Assembly: GCA_042094875.1 (NCBI GenBank)
Contig: JBELCI010000012.1
Location: 30,104-94,103, forward strand
Length of the DNA stretch: 64,000 bases
DNA from: OM43 beta proteobacterium
GTDB taxonomy: Bacteria > Pseudomonadota > Gammaproteobacteria > Burkholderiales > Methylophilaceae
Reading direction: 5' to 3'
The position numbers and the translations under genes are program-made. The notes beneath the pieces were generated by a model. The model had not been told where the DNA came from. It worked only from the letters and a program-made list of their open reading frames with translations, and ran no database searches. Shown piece by piece: positions 9,568-20,990 of the stretch (position 1 is the stretch's first letter; each line of letters starts with the position of its first letter).

Positions 9568-12121
9568 CTTGACCATCATCATCAATACTATCTGTTTCTA
9601 CAATTTTTTCTAATCCAGATAGTTTTTCCTCTTCTCCTAGATTAATCAAAGTAACGCCTTGAGTAGCTCTTCCAAGCTCACGGATTTCACTCACACGAGT
9701 TCTAATTAAAACACCGCCAGTTGTAATTAACATAATTTCATCCTGATCCCCTACTAATCTTGCAGCAACCACGATGCCATTTCTATCACTGACTTGTATT
9801 GCTTTAACCCCCTGTGTTCCCCTTCCAGAACGTCTAAATTCAGAAAGTTGCGTCCTTTTTCCATAACCATTTTCTGTTGCCACCAAAACTGATTCGGATT
9901 CTGAAAAAGCAACTAAAAGAGATAAGACTTGTTGTTTTTCTGGTAACTTCATACCTCTTACTCCACGAGCATTTCTTCCCATACTTCTAACAGCTGTCTC
10001 ATCAAACCATACTGCCTTGCCCCCATTAGATACTAAAACAATATCATTTTTACCATTTGTTACTGAAGCTCCGATTAAAAAATCACCATTATCTAATTTA
10101 ATAGCAATAATTCCTGATTTTCTTGGATTAGAAAAGTCAGAAAGAGGGGTTTTTTTAACAGTTCCTTTTGAGGTTGCCATAAAAATGTATTGGTCTTCAA
10201 CAAAATCTTTGACGGCTAAGATAGCATTTATTTTTTCTCCAGGCATAATCGGAAATAAATTAACTATTGGCTTACCCTTGCTAACTCTACTTCCTTGAGG
10301 AACCTCATATACTTTTAGCCAATAAACTTGACCTCTGCTAGAAAAGCAAAGAATATTATCATGAGAATTTGCAACAAACATTTGCTCAATAAAATCATCA
10401 TCTTTAGTTGTCATTGCTTGCTTGCCCCTACCCCCTCTTTTTTGGGCTCTATAATCATCTAAAACTTGAGCTTTTATGTACCCCGAATTAGATAGAGTCA
10501 CAACCATTTCTTGAGGAGTAATTAGGTCTTCCATAGATAAATCTTCTGCATTTTCAACTATTTCACTTCTTCTTTTATCACCATATTCAGATTTTATTTC
10601 TTGAAGATCATCACCAATCATTTTTGTCACTCTCTCAGAGTTTGATAGAATATCTATTAAATCAACTATCGTATCCATAACTTCTTGATACTCATTTACA
10701 ATCTTTTCTTGTTCAAGACCTGTTAATCTTTGAAGCCTTAATTGAAGTATTTCTTGTGCTTGAATATCAGATAATTTGTACCCATTTTTTTTCAAACCAA
10801 ATTCTTTTGCTAGACCATCTGGTTTAGATAAATCTTCAGAGGTTTTTTTTAACATTCCCTCAACAACAGGTGACTTCCATTCTTTCTTCATCAAATCTTC
10901 TTTCGCCTCAGGAGGAGTTGGTGCAGCTTTAATAATTTTTATCATCTCATCAACATTTGCTAAAGCAACAGCCAATCCTTCTAAAATATGACCGCGACCT
11001 CTTGCTTTTTTTAGCTCAAAATTTGTTCTTCGAGTAATTACTTCTCTACGATGTTTTAAAAAGGCATCTAAAACTTCTTTAAGATTTAATAATTTTGGTT
11101 GTCCTCCACTCAAAGCAACCATGTTAATTCCAAAGCTGTCTTGTAATTGTGTTTGTTTGTATAGATTATTTAGAACAACATCAGGTATTTCACCTCTCTT
11201 AAGCTCAACAACAACTCTCATTCCAGATTTATCAGACTCATCCCTAAGGTCTGATATACCTTCTATTTTTTTGTCTGTTACTAATTCAGCAATTTTTTGA
11301 ATAAAGTTTTTCTTATTAACTTGATAGGGTAATTCATCAATTATGATTACTTCACGGTTACCTTTTTCGAGTGGTTCAATGTGAACTCTCCCCCTTATGA
11401 CAACGCGCCCTCTCCCCGTTTTATAACCTTCTTTAACACCACTTGTTCCATGAATAATACCTGCTGTTGGAAAATCTGGAGCAGGCATAAGTTTAATTAA
11501 TTCATCTAGAGATATTTCAGAATTTAATAACGAAGCATGGGCAGCATCTATAGTTTCAGCTAAATTATGAGGAGGTATATTTGTAGCCATACCAACAGCA
11601 ATTCCAGAACTACCATTAATTAATAAGTTTGGAATTCTTGTTGGCATAATTAAGGGTTCGAATTCCGATCCATCATAATTTGGACCAAAGTCAACAGTTT
11701 CTTTGTCGATATCAGCTAATAATTCATGTGAGATTTTTGACATCCTTATTTCTGTATATCTCATTGCTGCAGCATTATCACCATCAACAGAGCCAAAATT
11801 CCCCTGCCCATCAACTAACATATACCTCAAACTAAAATCTTGAGCCATACGAACGATAGTGTCGTAAGCGGCTGTATCGCCATGAGGATGATATTTACCA
11901 ATAACATCACCAACAATTCTTGCAGATTTTTTATAAGGTCTATTAAAGCCGTTACTTAATTCATGCATAGCATAAAGAACTCTTCGATGAACAGGTTTCA
12001 ATCCGTCTCTAACGTCAGGTAATGCTCTCCCAACAATTACGCTCATAGCGTAATCTAAATAGGAGGTTTTCATTTCATCTTCGAGGCTTACAGGGAGGGT
12101 TTCTTTTGCAAATTCATCCAT
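9551..12121 (-). CDS. gyrA: DNA gyrase subunit A
   Basis: 856 aa with [21 protein letters not shown] (QRDR) and AAMRYTE (active-site Tyr) motifs. Confidence 0.98.
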   Translation of the reverse strand: MDEFAKETLPVSLEDEMKTSYLDYAMSVIVGRALPDVRDGLKPVHRRVLYAMHELSNGFNRPYKKSARIVGDVIGKYHPHGDTAAYDTIVRMAQDFSLRYMLVDGQGNFGSVDGDNAAAMRYTEIRMSKISHELLADIDKETVDFGPNYDGSEFEPLIMPTRIPNLLINGSSGIAVGMATNIPPHNLAETIDAAHASLLNSEISLDELIKLMPAPDFPTAGIIHGTSGVKEGYKTGRGRVVIRGRVHIEPLEKGNREVIIIDELPYQVNKKNFIQKIAELVTDKKIEGISDLRDESDKSGMRVVVELKRGEIPDVVLNNLYKQTQLQDSFGINMVALSGGQPKLLNLKEVLDAFLKHRREVITRRTNFELKKARGRGHILEGLAVALANVDEMIKIIKAAPTPPEAKEDLMKKEWKSPVVEGMLKKTSEDLSKPDGLAKEFGLKKNGYKLSDIQAQEILQLRLQRLTGLEQEKIVNEYQEVMDTIVDLIDILSNSERVTKMIGDDLQEIKSEYGDKRRSEIVENAEDLSMEDLITPQEMVVTLSNSGYIKAQVLDDYRAQKRGGRGKQAMTTKDDDFIEQMFVANSHDNILCFSSRGQVYWLKVYEVPQGSRVSKGKPIVNLFPIMPGEKINAILAVKDFVEDQYIFMATSKGTVKKTPLSDFSNPRKSGIIAIKLDNGDFLIGASVTNGKNDIVLVSNGGKAVWFDETAVRSMGRNARGVRGMKLPEKQQVLSLLVAFSESESVLVATENGYGKRTQLSEFRRSGRGTQGVKAIQVSDRNGIVVAARLVGDQDEIMLITTGGVLIRTRVSEIRELGRATQGVTLINLGEEEKLSGLEKIVETDSIDDDGQDELQI

Positions 12122-12213
12122 ATTTTTTAAACTTAACCATTAATTTTTAGGAGGTAATAATTTAATTATTTTAGCATGTATATAAGCCAAAATATCTTTG
12201 AAAACTGGTTAAT

Positions 12214-13377
12214 TTATAGTGCTGATAAGTCTTCTTTTATATCATTAATATCTTCCAAACCTACTGCAATTCTTATTAAATTATCACTAATACCCGATTC
12301 ATCTCGCTCCTTTTGCGAGATTCTAGAATGAGTTGTTGTTGCTGGGTGAGTTATAGTAGACCTTGTATCACCTAAATTTGCAGTAATTGACATCAATTTT
12401 GTTGAATTAATTATATTCCAAGCATTTTCTCTATTTCCTTTTACCTTAAATGACACTATACCTCCTCCAGAAGATTGTTGCCTCATTGCTAAATCGTATT
12501 GAGGATGTGAAGGTAGTCCGGGGTAATAAACTTGCATCACGTCTTGTTTTTTTTCTAACCATTTCGCCAATTCAGATGCTTTGGAAGCATGTGCATCCAT
12601 TCTAATTTTCAAAGTTTCTAATGCCTTAAAGAAAATCCATGCATTAAAGGGACTCATGGTAGTGCCTGCTGATCTTAAAAAACTTGCAACATCTTTCATA
12701 TGTTTATTTTTTCCAAGCACAGCTCCGCCTAAACATCTTCCCTGGCCATCTAGATATTTAGTTGCAGAATGAATTATTATATCCGCACCAAATTGAATTG
12801 GTAGCTGATGAGCCGGAGTGCAAAAACAATTATCAACAACTAATAAGCTGTTTGATTTATGAGCTAAATCAGCTAAAGCTGAAATATCACAAATTTCTGT
12901 CAATGGATTTGATGGTGTTTCAACAAAAAATAGCTTAGTATTTTTTTGGGTAGCATTTTCCCATTGAGTTATATCTGTTAACGAAACATAAGTAACTTTT
13001 AATCCCCAATTAATGAGAATATTTTCGAATAACTTAATTGTAGTTCCAAAAATACTTTTTGATACAACAATATGATCTCCAGTATTGCAAAGACTCATAA
13101 TACAGGCGAGTATGGCTGACATTCCAGTTGAAGTTGCCACACATTGCTCTGCTTGTTCTAGTTCAGCTAATCGATCTTCAAACATTTTTACTGATGGATT
13201 AGTAAAGCGAGAATAGACATTACCATCTTCTTTATAAGAAAACCTTGCAGCTGCCTGTTCTGCGTTTTTAAAAACAAAACTTGAGGTTAAATATAAGGCC
13301 TCAGAATGTTCACCTTGATCAGATCTGATTGATCCCGATCTTATAGAATTAGTTTCTAATTTTTTATTTTTTTTCAT
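12214..13377 (-). CDS. metZ: O-succinylhomoserine sulfhydrylase (Cys/Met-metabolism PLP enzyme)
   Basis: 387 aa. Near-collinear with recalled Pseudomonas MetZ (GNVYSRFTNP, VDNCFCTPA, HSATKYLDGQGR). purF-metZ adjacency is conserved in beta/gamma-proteobacteria. Confidence 0.88.
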   Translation of the reverse strand: MKKNKKLETNSIRSGSIRSDQGEHSEALYLTSSFVFKNAEQAAARFSYKEDGNVYSRFTNPSVKMFEDRLAELEQAEQCVATSTGMSAILACIMSLCNTGDHIVVSKSIFGTTIKLFENILINWGLKVTYVSLTDITQWENATQKNTKLFFVETPSNPLTEICDISALADLAHKSNSLLVVDNCFCTPAHQLPIQFGADIIIHSATKYLDGQGRCLGGAVLGKNKHMKDVASFLRSAGTTMSPFNAWIFFKALETLKIRMDAHASKASELAKWLEKKQDVMQVYYPGLPSHPQYDLAMRQQSSGGGIVSFKVKGNRENAWNIINSTKLMSITANLGDTRSTITHPATTTHSRISQKERDESGISDNLIRIAVGLEDINDIKEDLSAL

Positions 13378-13387
13378 TATATCTTTA

Positions 13388-13443
13388 TCCTATTTAGCTA
13401 CTTTAACAAATGTCTAGGTGTAGCAAGTTGTTATAAATCACCT
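13388..13443 (-). promoter_or_regulatory. candidate cis-regulatory RNA pseudoknot, copy B, abutting the metZ SD
   Basis: Minus strand: AGGUG-[AUUUAUAACAACUUGCUA]-CACCU, a 16-nt linker, then UAGCUAAA complementary to the loop 3' end (UUGCUA), followed directly by AGGA and the ATG at 13377. Confidence 0.45.
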
Positions 13444-13507
13444 TTTTTTATTATTACCTATGATGCTAACGTTTATGGATTCATAAAACACTTTTTAATT
13501 GTTGAAA

Positions 13508-13545
13508 TAAAAAAACCCGTTAAGCAACATTTTGCTAAAACGGGT
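13508..13545 (-). terminator. intrinsic terminator (attenuator of the metZ leader and/or purF terminator)
   Basis: Minus strand: ACCCGUUUUAGC-aaaauguu-GCUUAACGGGU followed by a U7 run. Confidence 0.7.
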
Positions 13546-13554
13546 ATTAATCGG

Positions 13555-13602
13555 TTTAGCAGTTATTTTTTTTACGCCCTGCAAGCTGAATCAAAACGGC
13601 GT
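13555..13602 (-). promoter_or_regulatory. candidate cis-regulatory RNA pseudoknot, copy A, upstream of the terminator
   Basis: Minus strand: ACGCC-[GUUUUGAUUCAGCUUGCAG]-GGCGU, then AAAAAAAAUAA, then CUGCUAAA complementary to the loop 3' end (UUGCAG). Confidence 0.45.
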
Positions 13603-13610
13603 ATAAATGT

Positions 13611-13638
13611 ATTATCCTCTTAAAATTAAAAAATACAA
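13611..13638 (-). promoter_or_regulatory. candidate sigma70 promoter for the metZ leader
   Basis: Minus strand TTGTAT-N16-GATAAT. The predicted transcription start falls about 7-9 nt downstream, at the 5' edge of element A. Confidence 0.4.
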
Positions 13639-13648
13639 GTAAGGTGAA

Positions 13649-15193
13649 TTAAGCTCGTTCTTCCTCCTCTTCATTCTCAGCAAGTGTAAAGCTGAAATCT
13701 AATTGTGATGTTGCTTTTGATAGATCTTTATTTTTAATGCCATCCGATCTTTTAGCTTCAAGACTATTTAAATAATTTTCATCAATCCCTCCAGTCACAT
13801 AGATACCATCAAAACAAGAACAATCAAAAAGTTTTAAATTATTATTCTCCTCAGTAATATTTTTTTTAAGCTCATCAAGATCCTGATAGATCAAACCATC
13901 AGCTCCAACTTCTTCACATATATCTTTATCATCTTTATTAAAAGCCAACAACTCGTTTCTTGAGGGCATGTCAATACCATAAACATTTGGATACTTAACC
14001 GGCGGAGCAGCTGATGCTAAGTATACATTTTTAGCTCCTGCGTCTCTCGCCATTTGAACAATTTCTTTTGCAGTAGTTCCTCTTACAATTGAGTCATCAA
14101 TTAACAGAACATTTTTACCTTTAAATTCTACTTTGATAGGATTTAATTTTTGACGAACAGATTTTTTTCTTAATGCTTGACCTGGCATTATAAAAGTTCG
14201 ACCAATATATCTATTCTTGATAAATCCCTCTCGAAAATCAGCATCTAACAAAAGAGATACTTCAAGAGCGCTTGGACGACTTGTATCTGGAATAGGAATC
14301 ACAACATCAATAGAAATATTGCTCCACTCTTTTTTTATTTTTTTAGCAAGTGATTTTCCCATATTCAATCTAGTTTGATAAACAGAAACTCCATCAATCA
14401 TTGAATCAGGCCGTGCTAAATAAACATATTCAAAAATACATGGTGATTGTTTAATTTTTGTTGTGCATTTTTTTGAATAAAAATTACCATCCATGTCGAT
14501 AAAAATAGCTTCTCCTGGATCAACATCTCTCAAAAGTTTAAATCCCAATACATCAAGCGCTACACTCTCAGATGCTACAATATATTCTGGTCCATCTGTT
14601 GTCTCTTTAATACCAATGACTAGTGGTCTTATTCCATTCGGGTCTCTAAAAGCTAGTAATCCAAAATTATTAATCATTGTAACTACAGCAAAAGCTCCTT
14701 CACACCTTTCATAAACTGACACTACAGCTTCGAAAATTATATCGGATGTCAAAACATTTTTTTGTGTTGCTTTTCCAATTGAATCAGCTAAAACATTCAG
14801 TAAAACTTCGGAATCAGAATTAGTATTAATATGTCTAAGATCTTCTTTAAACATATCATCTTTAAGACTATCTGAATTTGTAAGATTGCCATTATGACCA
14901 AGAACAATGCCATAAGGTGAATTTACATAAAATGGTTGGGCTTCTGCAGCTGAAGACGAGCCGGCTGTAGGATATCTAACATGGCCAATACCTATATTTC
15001 CAGTTAAATTACGCATATGTCTTGTATGAAATACATCTTTTACAAGACCATTATTTTTGTGCATCTTTATTCGGCCTGCGTTACATGTAGCAATCCCTGC
15101 TGCATCTTGTCCTCTATGTTGTAACACTAATAAACCATCATAGAGCATTTGATTTACTGGGCTATTAGCAACTATACCAATTATTCCGCACAT
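13649..15193 (-). CDS. purF: amidophosphoribosyltransferase
   Basis: MCGIIGIV N-terminal nucleophile Cys, GNLTN and PRTase motif VLLIDDSIVRGTT. Confidence 0.97.
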   Translation of the reverse strand: MCGIIGIVANSPVNQMLYDGLLVLQHRGQDAAGIATCNAGRIKMHKNNGLVKDVFHTRHMRNLTGNIGIGHVRYPTAGSSSAAEAQPFYVNSPYGIVLGHNGNLTNSDSLKDDMFKEDLRHINTNSDSEVLLNVLADSIGKATQKNVLTSDIIFEAVVSVYERCEGAFAVVTMINNFGLLAFRDPNGIRPLVIGIKETTDGPEYIVASESVALDVLGFKLLRDVDPGEAIFIDMDGNFYSKKCTTKIKQSPCIFEYVYLARPDSMIDGVSVYQTRLNMGKSLAKKIKKEWSNISIDVVIPIPDTSRPSALEVSLLLDADFREGFIKNRYIGRTFIMPGQALRKKSVRQKLNPIKVEFKGKNVLLIDDSIVRGTTAKEIVQMARDAGAKNVYLASAAPPVKYPNVYGIDMPSRNELLAFNKDDKDICEEVGADGLIYQDLDELKKNITEENNNLKLFDCSCFDGIYVTGGIDENYLNSLEAKRSDGIKNKDLSKATSQLDFSFTLAENEEEEERA

Positions 15194-15212
15194 AACGCTC
15201 TCTTAAAATAGA

Positions 15213-15707
15213 TCAGATATGCTCGTATTTTACCTTGTTACTCCAGTCATAGGGCAAATAAGATAAAGTTTTTTTAATTACAAGTTTTATGATTGGTAAT
15301 GTTTTTGATTCAACTAAAGAATCCTCACTTAGAAATGAAGTTTTCTCAATAAGAAATATTATTATAAAGGCAATTAAAATACCCCTCAAACAACCAAAAA
15401 GACTTCCTAAAATTAAATTTAAAGAACCTAAACCAATAGTATTTATGAATCTGTTGAGTAAATTTGATAAAAATGATGCAGTTAATAAAGTAATAATAAA
15501 TATCGAAATATAGATTATTATAAAATTTAATTGTTCACCAAATTCGAACGGTATAAATTTAACAAAACTATCACTAAAATAATTAGCAAAATAAAATGCA
15601 AGAATCCAACCAACTAAAGAAAATAATTCACGAGTAAAACCTCTATAGCACCCAATTATAAAAGATAAAAATATTATAAAAATAAAGAAATAATCAAGAA
15701 TAGTCAT
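15213..15707 (-). CDS. cvpA: CvpA family membrane protein (colicin V production protein)
   Basis: 164-aa, 4-TM protein in the conserved position upstream of purF. Confidence 0.8.
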   Translation of the reverse strand: MTILDYFFIFIIFLSFIIGCYRGFTRELFSLVGWILAFYFANYFSDSFVKFIPFEFGEQLNFIIIYISIFIITLLTASFLSNLLNRFINTIGLGSLNLILGSLFGCLRGILIAFIIIFLIEKTSFLSEDSLVESKTLPIIKLVIKKTLSYLPYDWSNKVKYEHI

Positions 15708-15710
15708 AAA

Positions 15711-16244
15711 TTAATTTGTTTTAATTAAACCAGGAAAATTAGCATTTTTTAATCTTCTTAACGCTTTTTTTGCTTCTTTTTCACTTAGAAAATCTTGGGT
15801 GGTAAGTTTAATTTTTTCTTTACCAGAAAGATTAATTTTTTTTATTTGAGTTTGAAATCCAATATTATTTATTTGTTGACTTAGTTTTTCTATTTTTTTT
15901 TCATCACTAAATATACCAATTTGGATAGTGAATAATTTAATATTATCATTTTCAAGATCCTCCAAATTAGTTTTATTTGGTAATTTAATTTGATTAGTTT
16001 TTTTAGTTTGTGATTTTTTTGATTCTTTTTGTGATTTTTCTGATCCGTTTAAATTACTAAAACTAGCTTGGCCCATTTCCAAAAAAGATACTTTTATCTC
16101 ACTGTTATTTATTTCACTAGTATTTTTAATAAAAAATAAAGAAAGAGTAAATAAAATAATTAAAATTGTAATTGCGCCAATCAATCTTCTTTTTGCTCTC
16201 TTTATTATTACACTCTCGTGAAAAGATTCTTTTGTATCAATCAT
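15711..16244 (-). CDS. SPOR-domain cell-division protein (DedD-like)
   Basis: One N-terminal TM segment, a Lys/Ser-rich linker and a C-terminal SPOR-like region (FTIQIGIFSDEKKIEKL...EAKKALRRLK). Conserved folC-dedD-cvpA-purF order. Start set at the internal ATG 16244 (MIDTK...). Confidence 0.7.
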   Translation of the reverse strand: MIDTKESFHESVIIKRAKRRLIGAITILIILFTLSLFFIKNTSEINNSEIKVSFLEMGQASFSNLNGSEKSQKESKKSQTKKTNQIKLPNKTNLEDLENDNIKLFTIQIGIFSDEKKIEKLSQQINNIGFQTQIKKINLSGKEKIKLTTQDFLSEKEAKKALRRLKNANFPGLIKTN

Positions 16245-17499
16245 TATTAAATGTTTCCATAATTGCACTCACCGTTAAAAAAGAACCAAAAATTATAATA
16301 TTATCATTAAGATCTGCTTTGTTGAGAGCATTTTCAAAAGCTTCAATAATATTATTGAATTTATTAATTATTATTTTATTTTTAGATTTTTTAAGTGAGG
16401 ATGTCATAAAATCAATTTTTTGTGATCTTATATCTTTTAATTCGCTTATATTCCATTCATCAACTAAGCTAGTAAAAGGAAATAATACTTTTTCAAGGTC
16501 TTTATTCTCTAAAATTGAAAATACTGCAAAAATCTTACCTTCCCTCTTTGTTAACCTTATAAAATTATACAAACTAATTGCAGCGCCTTCATTATGTGCT
16601 ACATCAGCTACTATATATGGTTTTTTTGATAAAATTTGAAGTCTTCCTTTTATAAATGAATCTTTAATTCCTTTTTTAATAGCTTCTAATCCAACTGGAA
16701 ATTTTTTATTATACAAATCTATTACTCGGAGACAGCCAGTAAGATTTACAAGTTGATTATGTCCTTTTAAATTAGGTAAAGGTAGTTCTTCCATAGAAAT
16801 ATTATGACTAGTATAGTTATAATATTTTGCATCATAACTAAACGAGTAATCATTATTTAATAATGATAATTTGGTCTTCAGCTTATTTAAAAAATTAATC
16901 ATTGAATTAGGAATGTTCTGAAAATTTAAAATTGTATGTTTATTTGGCCTACTAATTCCACTCTTTTCATATGCAATTTTATCAATACTATCACCTAAAT
17001 AATCTTGATGATCCATACTTAGCGAAGAAATAATTGAAATTTCTGGTTCAAAAATATTGACTGCATCTAATCTACCCCCAAGACCTACTTCCAAAATAGC
17101 TATATCAATTTTTTTTTCTATAAAAATTTTAATTGCAGCTAATGTTGTTATTTCAAAGTAAGTTAGCTCTATAAATTTTTTTTTTGTTTGAATAAAATCT
17201 AAAGTTTCGAGAATAGTATTATCATCAATCTCTTTTTTGTTTACTTTTATTCTTTCATTAAATTTAAAAAGATGAGGGGATGTGTAGCATCCAACAGAAT
17301 AACCAGATTCACTATAAATTGATTCAAGAAATGCACAAATTGAACCTTTTCCATTTGTACCTCCAACTGTAATGATAGGAAAGTTAGGATTAATATGTGC
17401 TTGATCTCTTACATTCTTTACACGATCAAGCCCCATTTTTATAACATTACTATCTCCATCGCTATAAAATTCATTTATATGATCATGAAGTTTTTTCAA
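16237..17499 (-). CDS. folC: bifunctional folylpolyglutamate synthase / dihydrofolate synthase
   Basis: 420 aa with P-loop VGGTNGKGS, Mur-ligase family layout and accD-folC synteny. Confidence 0.92.
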   Translation of the reverse strand: MKKLHDHINEFYSDGDSNVIKMGLDRVKNVRDQAHINPNFPIITVGGTNGKGSICAFLESIYSESGYSVGCYTSPHLFKFNERIKVNKKEIDDNTILETLDFIQTKKKFIELTYFEITTLAAIKIFIEKKIDIAILEVGLGGRLDAVNIFEPEISIISSLSMDHQDYLGDSIDKIAYEKSGISRPNKHTILNFQNIPNSMINFLNKLKTKLSLLNNDYSFSYDAKYYNYTSHNISMEELPLPNLKGHNQLVNLTGCLRVIDLYNKKFPVGLEAIKKGIKDSFIKGRLQILSKKPYIVADVAHNEGAAISLYNFIRLTKREGKIFAVFSILENKDLEKVLFPFTSLVDEWNISELKDIRSQKIDFMTSSLKKSKNKIIINKFNNIIEAFENALNKADLNDNIIIFGSFLTVSAIMETFNND

Positions 17500-18350
17500 T
17501 TTGGGTTTAAGTGGGTAATAAGTTCTGCTATTGATTTTCTTAATTGCCTTCTATCAACAATCATATCAATAACGCCATGATCTAATAAAAATTCTGCTCT
17601 TTGAAAACCTTCCGGCAACTTCTCTCTTACAGTTGATTCAATTACTCTTGGACCAGCAAAACCAATCAAAGCTTTTGGCTCAGCAATAATTATATCTCCT
17701 AACATTGCAAAACTTGCTGAAACACCACCCATTGTAGGATCTGTGAGAATTGAAATAAATGGTAGTTTTTTACTGCTGAGTTTAGTTAATGCCGCACTAG
17801 TTTTAGCCATTTGCATTAAAGATATTAATCCTTCTTGCATTCTAGCCCCACCACTTGCAGATACACATATGAATGGGCATTTATTTCTAATAGCAGTATC
17901 TACAGCTAGAACAAACTTTTCTCCAACTACAGAACCCATCGAGCCACCCATAAATTTAAATTCGAATACTGCTAAAACAACTGGTATAGATTCTATTTTT
18001 CCCTCTACAACTATCAAAGCATCATTTTCATTTAATTCTTTCTGTGACGAATTTAATCTTTCTTTATATGGCTTTGTATCATTAAATCTTAAATGATCAA
18101 TTGGCTTTATTTCATCTCCATGCTCTATTTGGTTTGGAGTATCTAAAAGTATTTTAATTCTATCTCTTCCTGAAATCCTGTTATGAAAGCCACAATTTGA
18201 ACAAACCTCCAAATTTTTCTCTAAATCAGTTTTATATAAGACTGTTTGACAGGCTGGGCATTTATGCCACAAACCTTCTGGTATATTTTTCTTAACTTTA
18301 CCAACAATTCTTTTAATTTTTGGAGGTATTACGTTTTTTAACCAACTCAT
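17496..18350 (-). CDS. accD: acetyl-CoA carboxylase carboxyltransferase beta subunit
   Basis: N-terminal zinc ribbon CPACQTVLY...CSNCGFH plus a carboxyltransferase domain. Confidence 0.96.
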   Translation of the reverse strand: MSWLKNVIPPKIKRIVGKVKKNIPEGLWHKCPACQTVLYKTDLEKNLEVCSNCGFHNRISGRDRIKILLDTPNQIEHGDEIKPIDHLRFNDTKPYKERLNSSQKELNENDALIVVEGKIESIPVVLAVFEFKFMGGSMGSVVGEKFVLAVDTAIRNKCPFICVSASGGARMQEGLISLMQMAKTSAALTKLSSKKLPFISILTDPTMGGVSASFAMLGDIIIAEPKALIGFAGPRVIESTVREKLPEGFQRAEFLLDHGVIDMIVDRRQLRKSIAELITHLNPN

Positions 18351-19162
18351 TAAGAATTTACCTTATTCTCATTTATAGCTTCTTTTATTTCAGTCATTAA
18401 TGTTTTTATATTTTTAATTAAATCATTAGAGTTTGAACTTTCAATCTCTTGAACAATTCTACTTCCAATTACAACAGCATCAGAAATTGAAGCAACTTCT
18501 TTAGCAGTTTTAGCATCTCTAACGCCAAATCCAACACCAATTGGTAAACTTGTAAATGATTTAATATTGCCAACTCTTTTTGCTACCTGATCAATATCTA
18601 TATTTGCTGAACCAGTTACACCTTTAAGAGAAACGTAATATAAAAAACCTGAAGCTTGGTTTATTATCAATTCAATTCTTTTATTATCTGTTGTTGGAGA
18701 TAAAAGAAAAATACTGTCAATATTATTTTCTTTTAGCTTATTAACAAATGTTTGTGATTCTTCAGGTGGATAATCAACTGTGATGATGCCATCAATATCA
18801 GCTTTTTTAATCAATGAAATAAAATTATCTACCCCTATAGCTTCAATTGGATTTGCATATCCCATTAAAATTAATGGGGTATCTTTATTGCTCTTTCTGA
18901 ATTCAGCAGCTAACTTTATAGTTGCAGTAATTCCAATATTGTTTTTCAGCGCCCTTTCACTTGCTCTTTGAATAATTGGGCCATCCGCCATTGGATCAGA
19001 AAAAGGAATTCCAAGCTCAATCATATCTGCGCCTGAATCCACCAAGGCATTCATTAAATTCACAGTTTCATTTGGGTGAGGATCACCTGCTGTAAAAAAG
19101 GGAATTAAAGCTTTTTTATTTTTTTCTTTTAGCGCTTGAAAAGTATTTTGAATTCTAGACAT
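18350..19162 (-). CDS. trpA: tryptophan synthase alpha chain
   Basis: 270 aa with [10 protein letters not shown] and [14 protein letters not shown] motifs. Confidence 0.96.
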   Translation of the reverse strand: MSRIQNTFQALKEKNKKALIPFFTAGDPHPNETVNLMNALVDSGADMIELGIPFSDPMADGPIIQRASERALKNNIGITATIKLAAEFRKSNKDTPLILMGYANPIEAIGVDNFISLIKKADIDGIITVDYPPEESQTFVNKLKENNIDSIFLLSPTTDNKRIELIINQASGFLYYVSLKGVTGSANIDIDQVAKRVGNIKSFTSLPIGVGFGVRDAKTAKEVASISDAVVIGSRIVQEIESSNSNDLIKNIKTLMTEIKEAINENKVNS

Positions 19163-19165
19163 AAA

Positions 19166-20371
19166 TTATAAAGAAATTCCTGAAATATCTGCCACTGTAT
19201 TAATATCTTTGTCTCCTCTGCCAGAAAGGTTTACTAAAATAACTTTATCAGATGACATTTTTTTGGCTATTTTTTCTGCATAAGCAAGTGCATGACTTGT
19301 TTCAAGTGCTGGGATAATGCCTTCTGTTAAGCACAAATTATGAAATGCAGCTAGTGCCTCATCATCTTTAATGCCGACATATTTCGCCCTTCCAGAGTCT
19401 TTTAACCATGCATGCTCAGGGCCTACACCAGGATAATCTAACCCAGCAGAAACTGAATGTGTTTCAATAATTTGACCTTCGTCATTTTGCATCAAATAAG
19501 TTCTATTTCCATGGAGAACTCCAATAGCGCTATTTGATGTTAAGGGAGCTGCATGCTTTCCTGTTTCAATTCCATCTCCAGCCGCTTCAACACCAATTAA
19601 TTCAACATTCTTATCATCAATATATGGATAAAAAATTCCCATGGCATTTGATCCACCACCAACGCATGCAATTATTGCATCGGGATGTTTATTTTCAAGT
19701 TCTGGCATTTGAATTTTGCACTCTTTACCAACAACTGAATTAAAATCTCTAACCATCATTGGGTATGGATGGGGGCCCGCAACTGTTCCAATTATATAAA
19801 ATGTACTAGATACATTTGTTACCCAATCTCTTAAAGCTTCATTTAATGCATCTTTAAGAGTTTTTGAACCACTTTCTACTGGAATTACAGTTGCTCCCAA
19901 TAATTTCATTCTATATACATTTGGTGATTGTCTTTTAACATCCTCAGAGCCCATATAAACTACACATTCCAAACCTAATCTAGCAGCAATTGTTGCAGTG
20001 GCAACGCCATGTTGACCCGCCCCTGTTTCCGCAATTACTCTTGGCTTACCCATTTTTTTTGCCAATAAAGCCTGGCCAACAGTATTATTAACCTTATGTG
20101 CTCCAGTATGATTTAAATCCTCCCTTTTTAAATAAATCTTTGCTCCACCAATTTTTTTTGTTAATCTCTCTGCGAAATAAATGGGACTGGGTCTACCAAC
20201 AAAATGTTTTAAATCATTATGAAACTCATTTAAAAATTCTGGATCATCTTTGTACTTGTCATACATATCTCTTAATTCATCAAGAGCCTCAATTAAAGTT
20301 TCAGCTACAAAGGTTCCTCCAAATTGACCAAAATGTCCAAAGTCATCAGGTAAATCATAAGGTTGCATCAT
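19166..20371 (-). CDS. trpB: tryptophan synthase beta chain
   Basis: 401 aa with the PLP lysine motif [11 protein letters not shown] and GGGSNA. Confidence 0.97.
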   Translation of the reverse strand: MMQPYDLPDDFGHFGQFGGTFVAETLIEALDELRDMYDKYKDDPEFLNEFHNDLKHFVGRPSPIYFAERLTKKIGGAKIYLKREDLNHTGAHKVNNTVGQALLAKKMGKPRVIAETGAGQHGVATATIAARLGLECVVYMGSEDVKRQSPNVYRMKLLGATVIPVESGSKTLKDALNEALRDWVTNVSSTFYIIGTVAGPHPYPMMVRDFNSVVGKECKIQMPELENKHPDAIIACVGGGSNAMGIFYPYIDDKNVELIGVEAAGDGIETGKHAAPLTSNSAIGVLHGNRTYLMQNDEGQIIETHSVSAGLDYPGVGPEHAWLKDSGRAKYVGIKDDEALAAFHNLCLTEGIIPALETSHALAYAEKIAKKMSSDKVILVNLSGRGDKDINTVADISGISL

Positions 20372-20978
20372 TAACTCCTAAAACAAAATTTTTCATCTTA
20401 TTGTAATCCTTTATTCCTTTTTTTTGCTCCACCCCACTGCTAACATCAACTCCATAAGGATTAATTATATTTATTAACGTTTGAACATTTGAACTATCCA
20501 AACCTCCAGCAATAATTACTGGTAAGGGCAATTTTTTGGGAAACAAATTCCAATTAAAAGTTTTTCCTGTTCCACCTCTCTTATGATTCGAAAAGGTATC
20601 GATTAAAATTGCAGCGCTTGAATCATATAATCTACAATATTCTAGCAAATTCAAACTATCTGTGAACGCAATAGCCTTTATATAGGGTAAATTAAATTGG
20701 TTGCAAAAATTTTCATCTTCATCGCCATGAAATTGAAGCATATTTACCTTAGAATCACTAATTGCAGATAAAACCTCTTCTTTAGAAGCATTTACAAATA
20801 AACCAACCCTCAAAACAAAAGCTGGGAGTTTACTAATAATCTTTCTTGCCTCTTTAGGCTCAATGTATCTTGGGCTATCTTTAAAAAAAACAAAACCTAA
20901 TGCATCAACTCCTATTTCTGTTGCCTCAAGAGCATTTTTTAGATTTGTAATACCACAAATTTTAACTTTTGTTTTCAA
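20355..20978 (-). CDS. trpF: N-(5'-phosphoribosyl)anthranilate isomerase
   Basis: 207 aa with KICGIT and GFVF motifs, in trpF-trpB-trpA order. The 3' end overlaps trpB by 17 nt. Confidence 0.92.
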   Translation of the reverse strand: MKTKVKICGITNLKNALEATEIGVDALGFVFFKDSPRYIEPKEARKIISKLPAFVLRVGLFVNASKEEVLSAISDSKVNMLQFHGDEDENFCNQFNLPYIKAIAFTDSLNLLEYCRLYDSSAAILIDTFSNHKRGGTGKTFNWNLFPKKLPLPVIIAGGLDSSNVQTLINIINPYGVDVSSGVEQKKGIKDYNKMKNFVLGVNDATL

Positions 20979-20990
20979 ATTATAGACTAT

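Noticed and set aside
13410-13486. Two tiny plus-strand ORFs (MSRCSKLL, 13410-13436; MMLTFMDS, 13460-13486) as possible leader peptides in the purF-metZ spacer.
   Set aside because: They are on the strand opposite to both flanking genes, have no SD, and overlap the proposed RNA element. They are almost certainly fortuitous.
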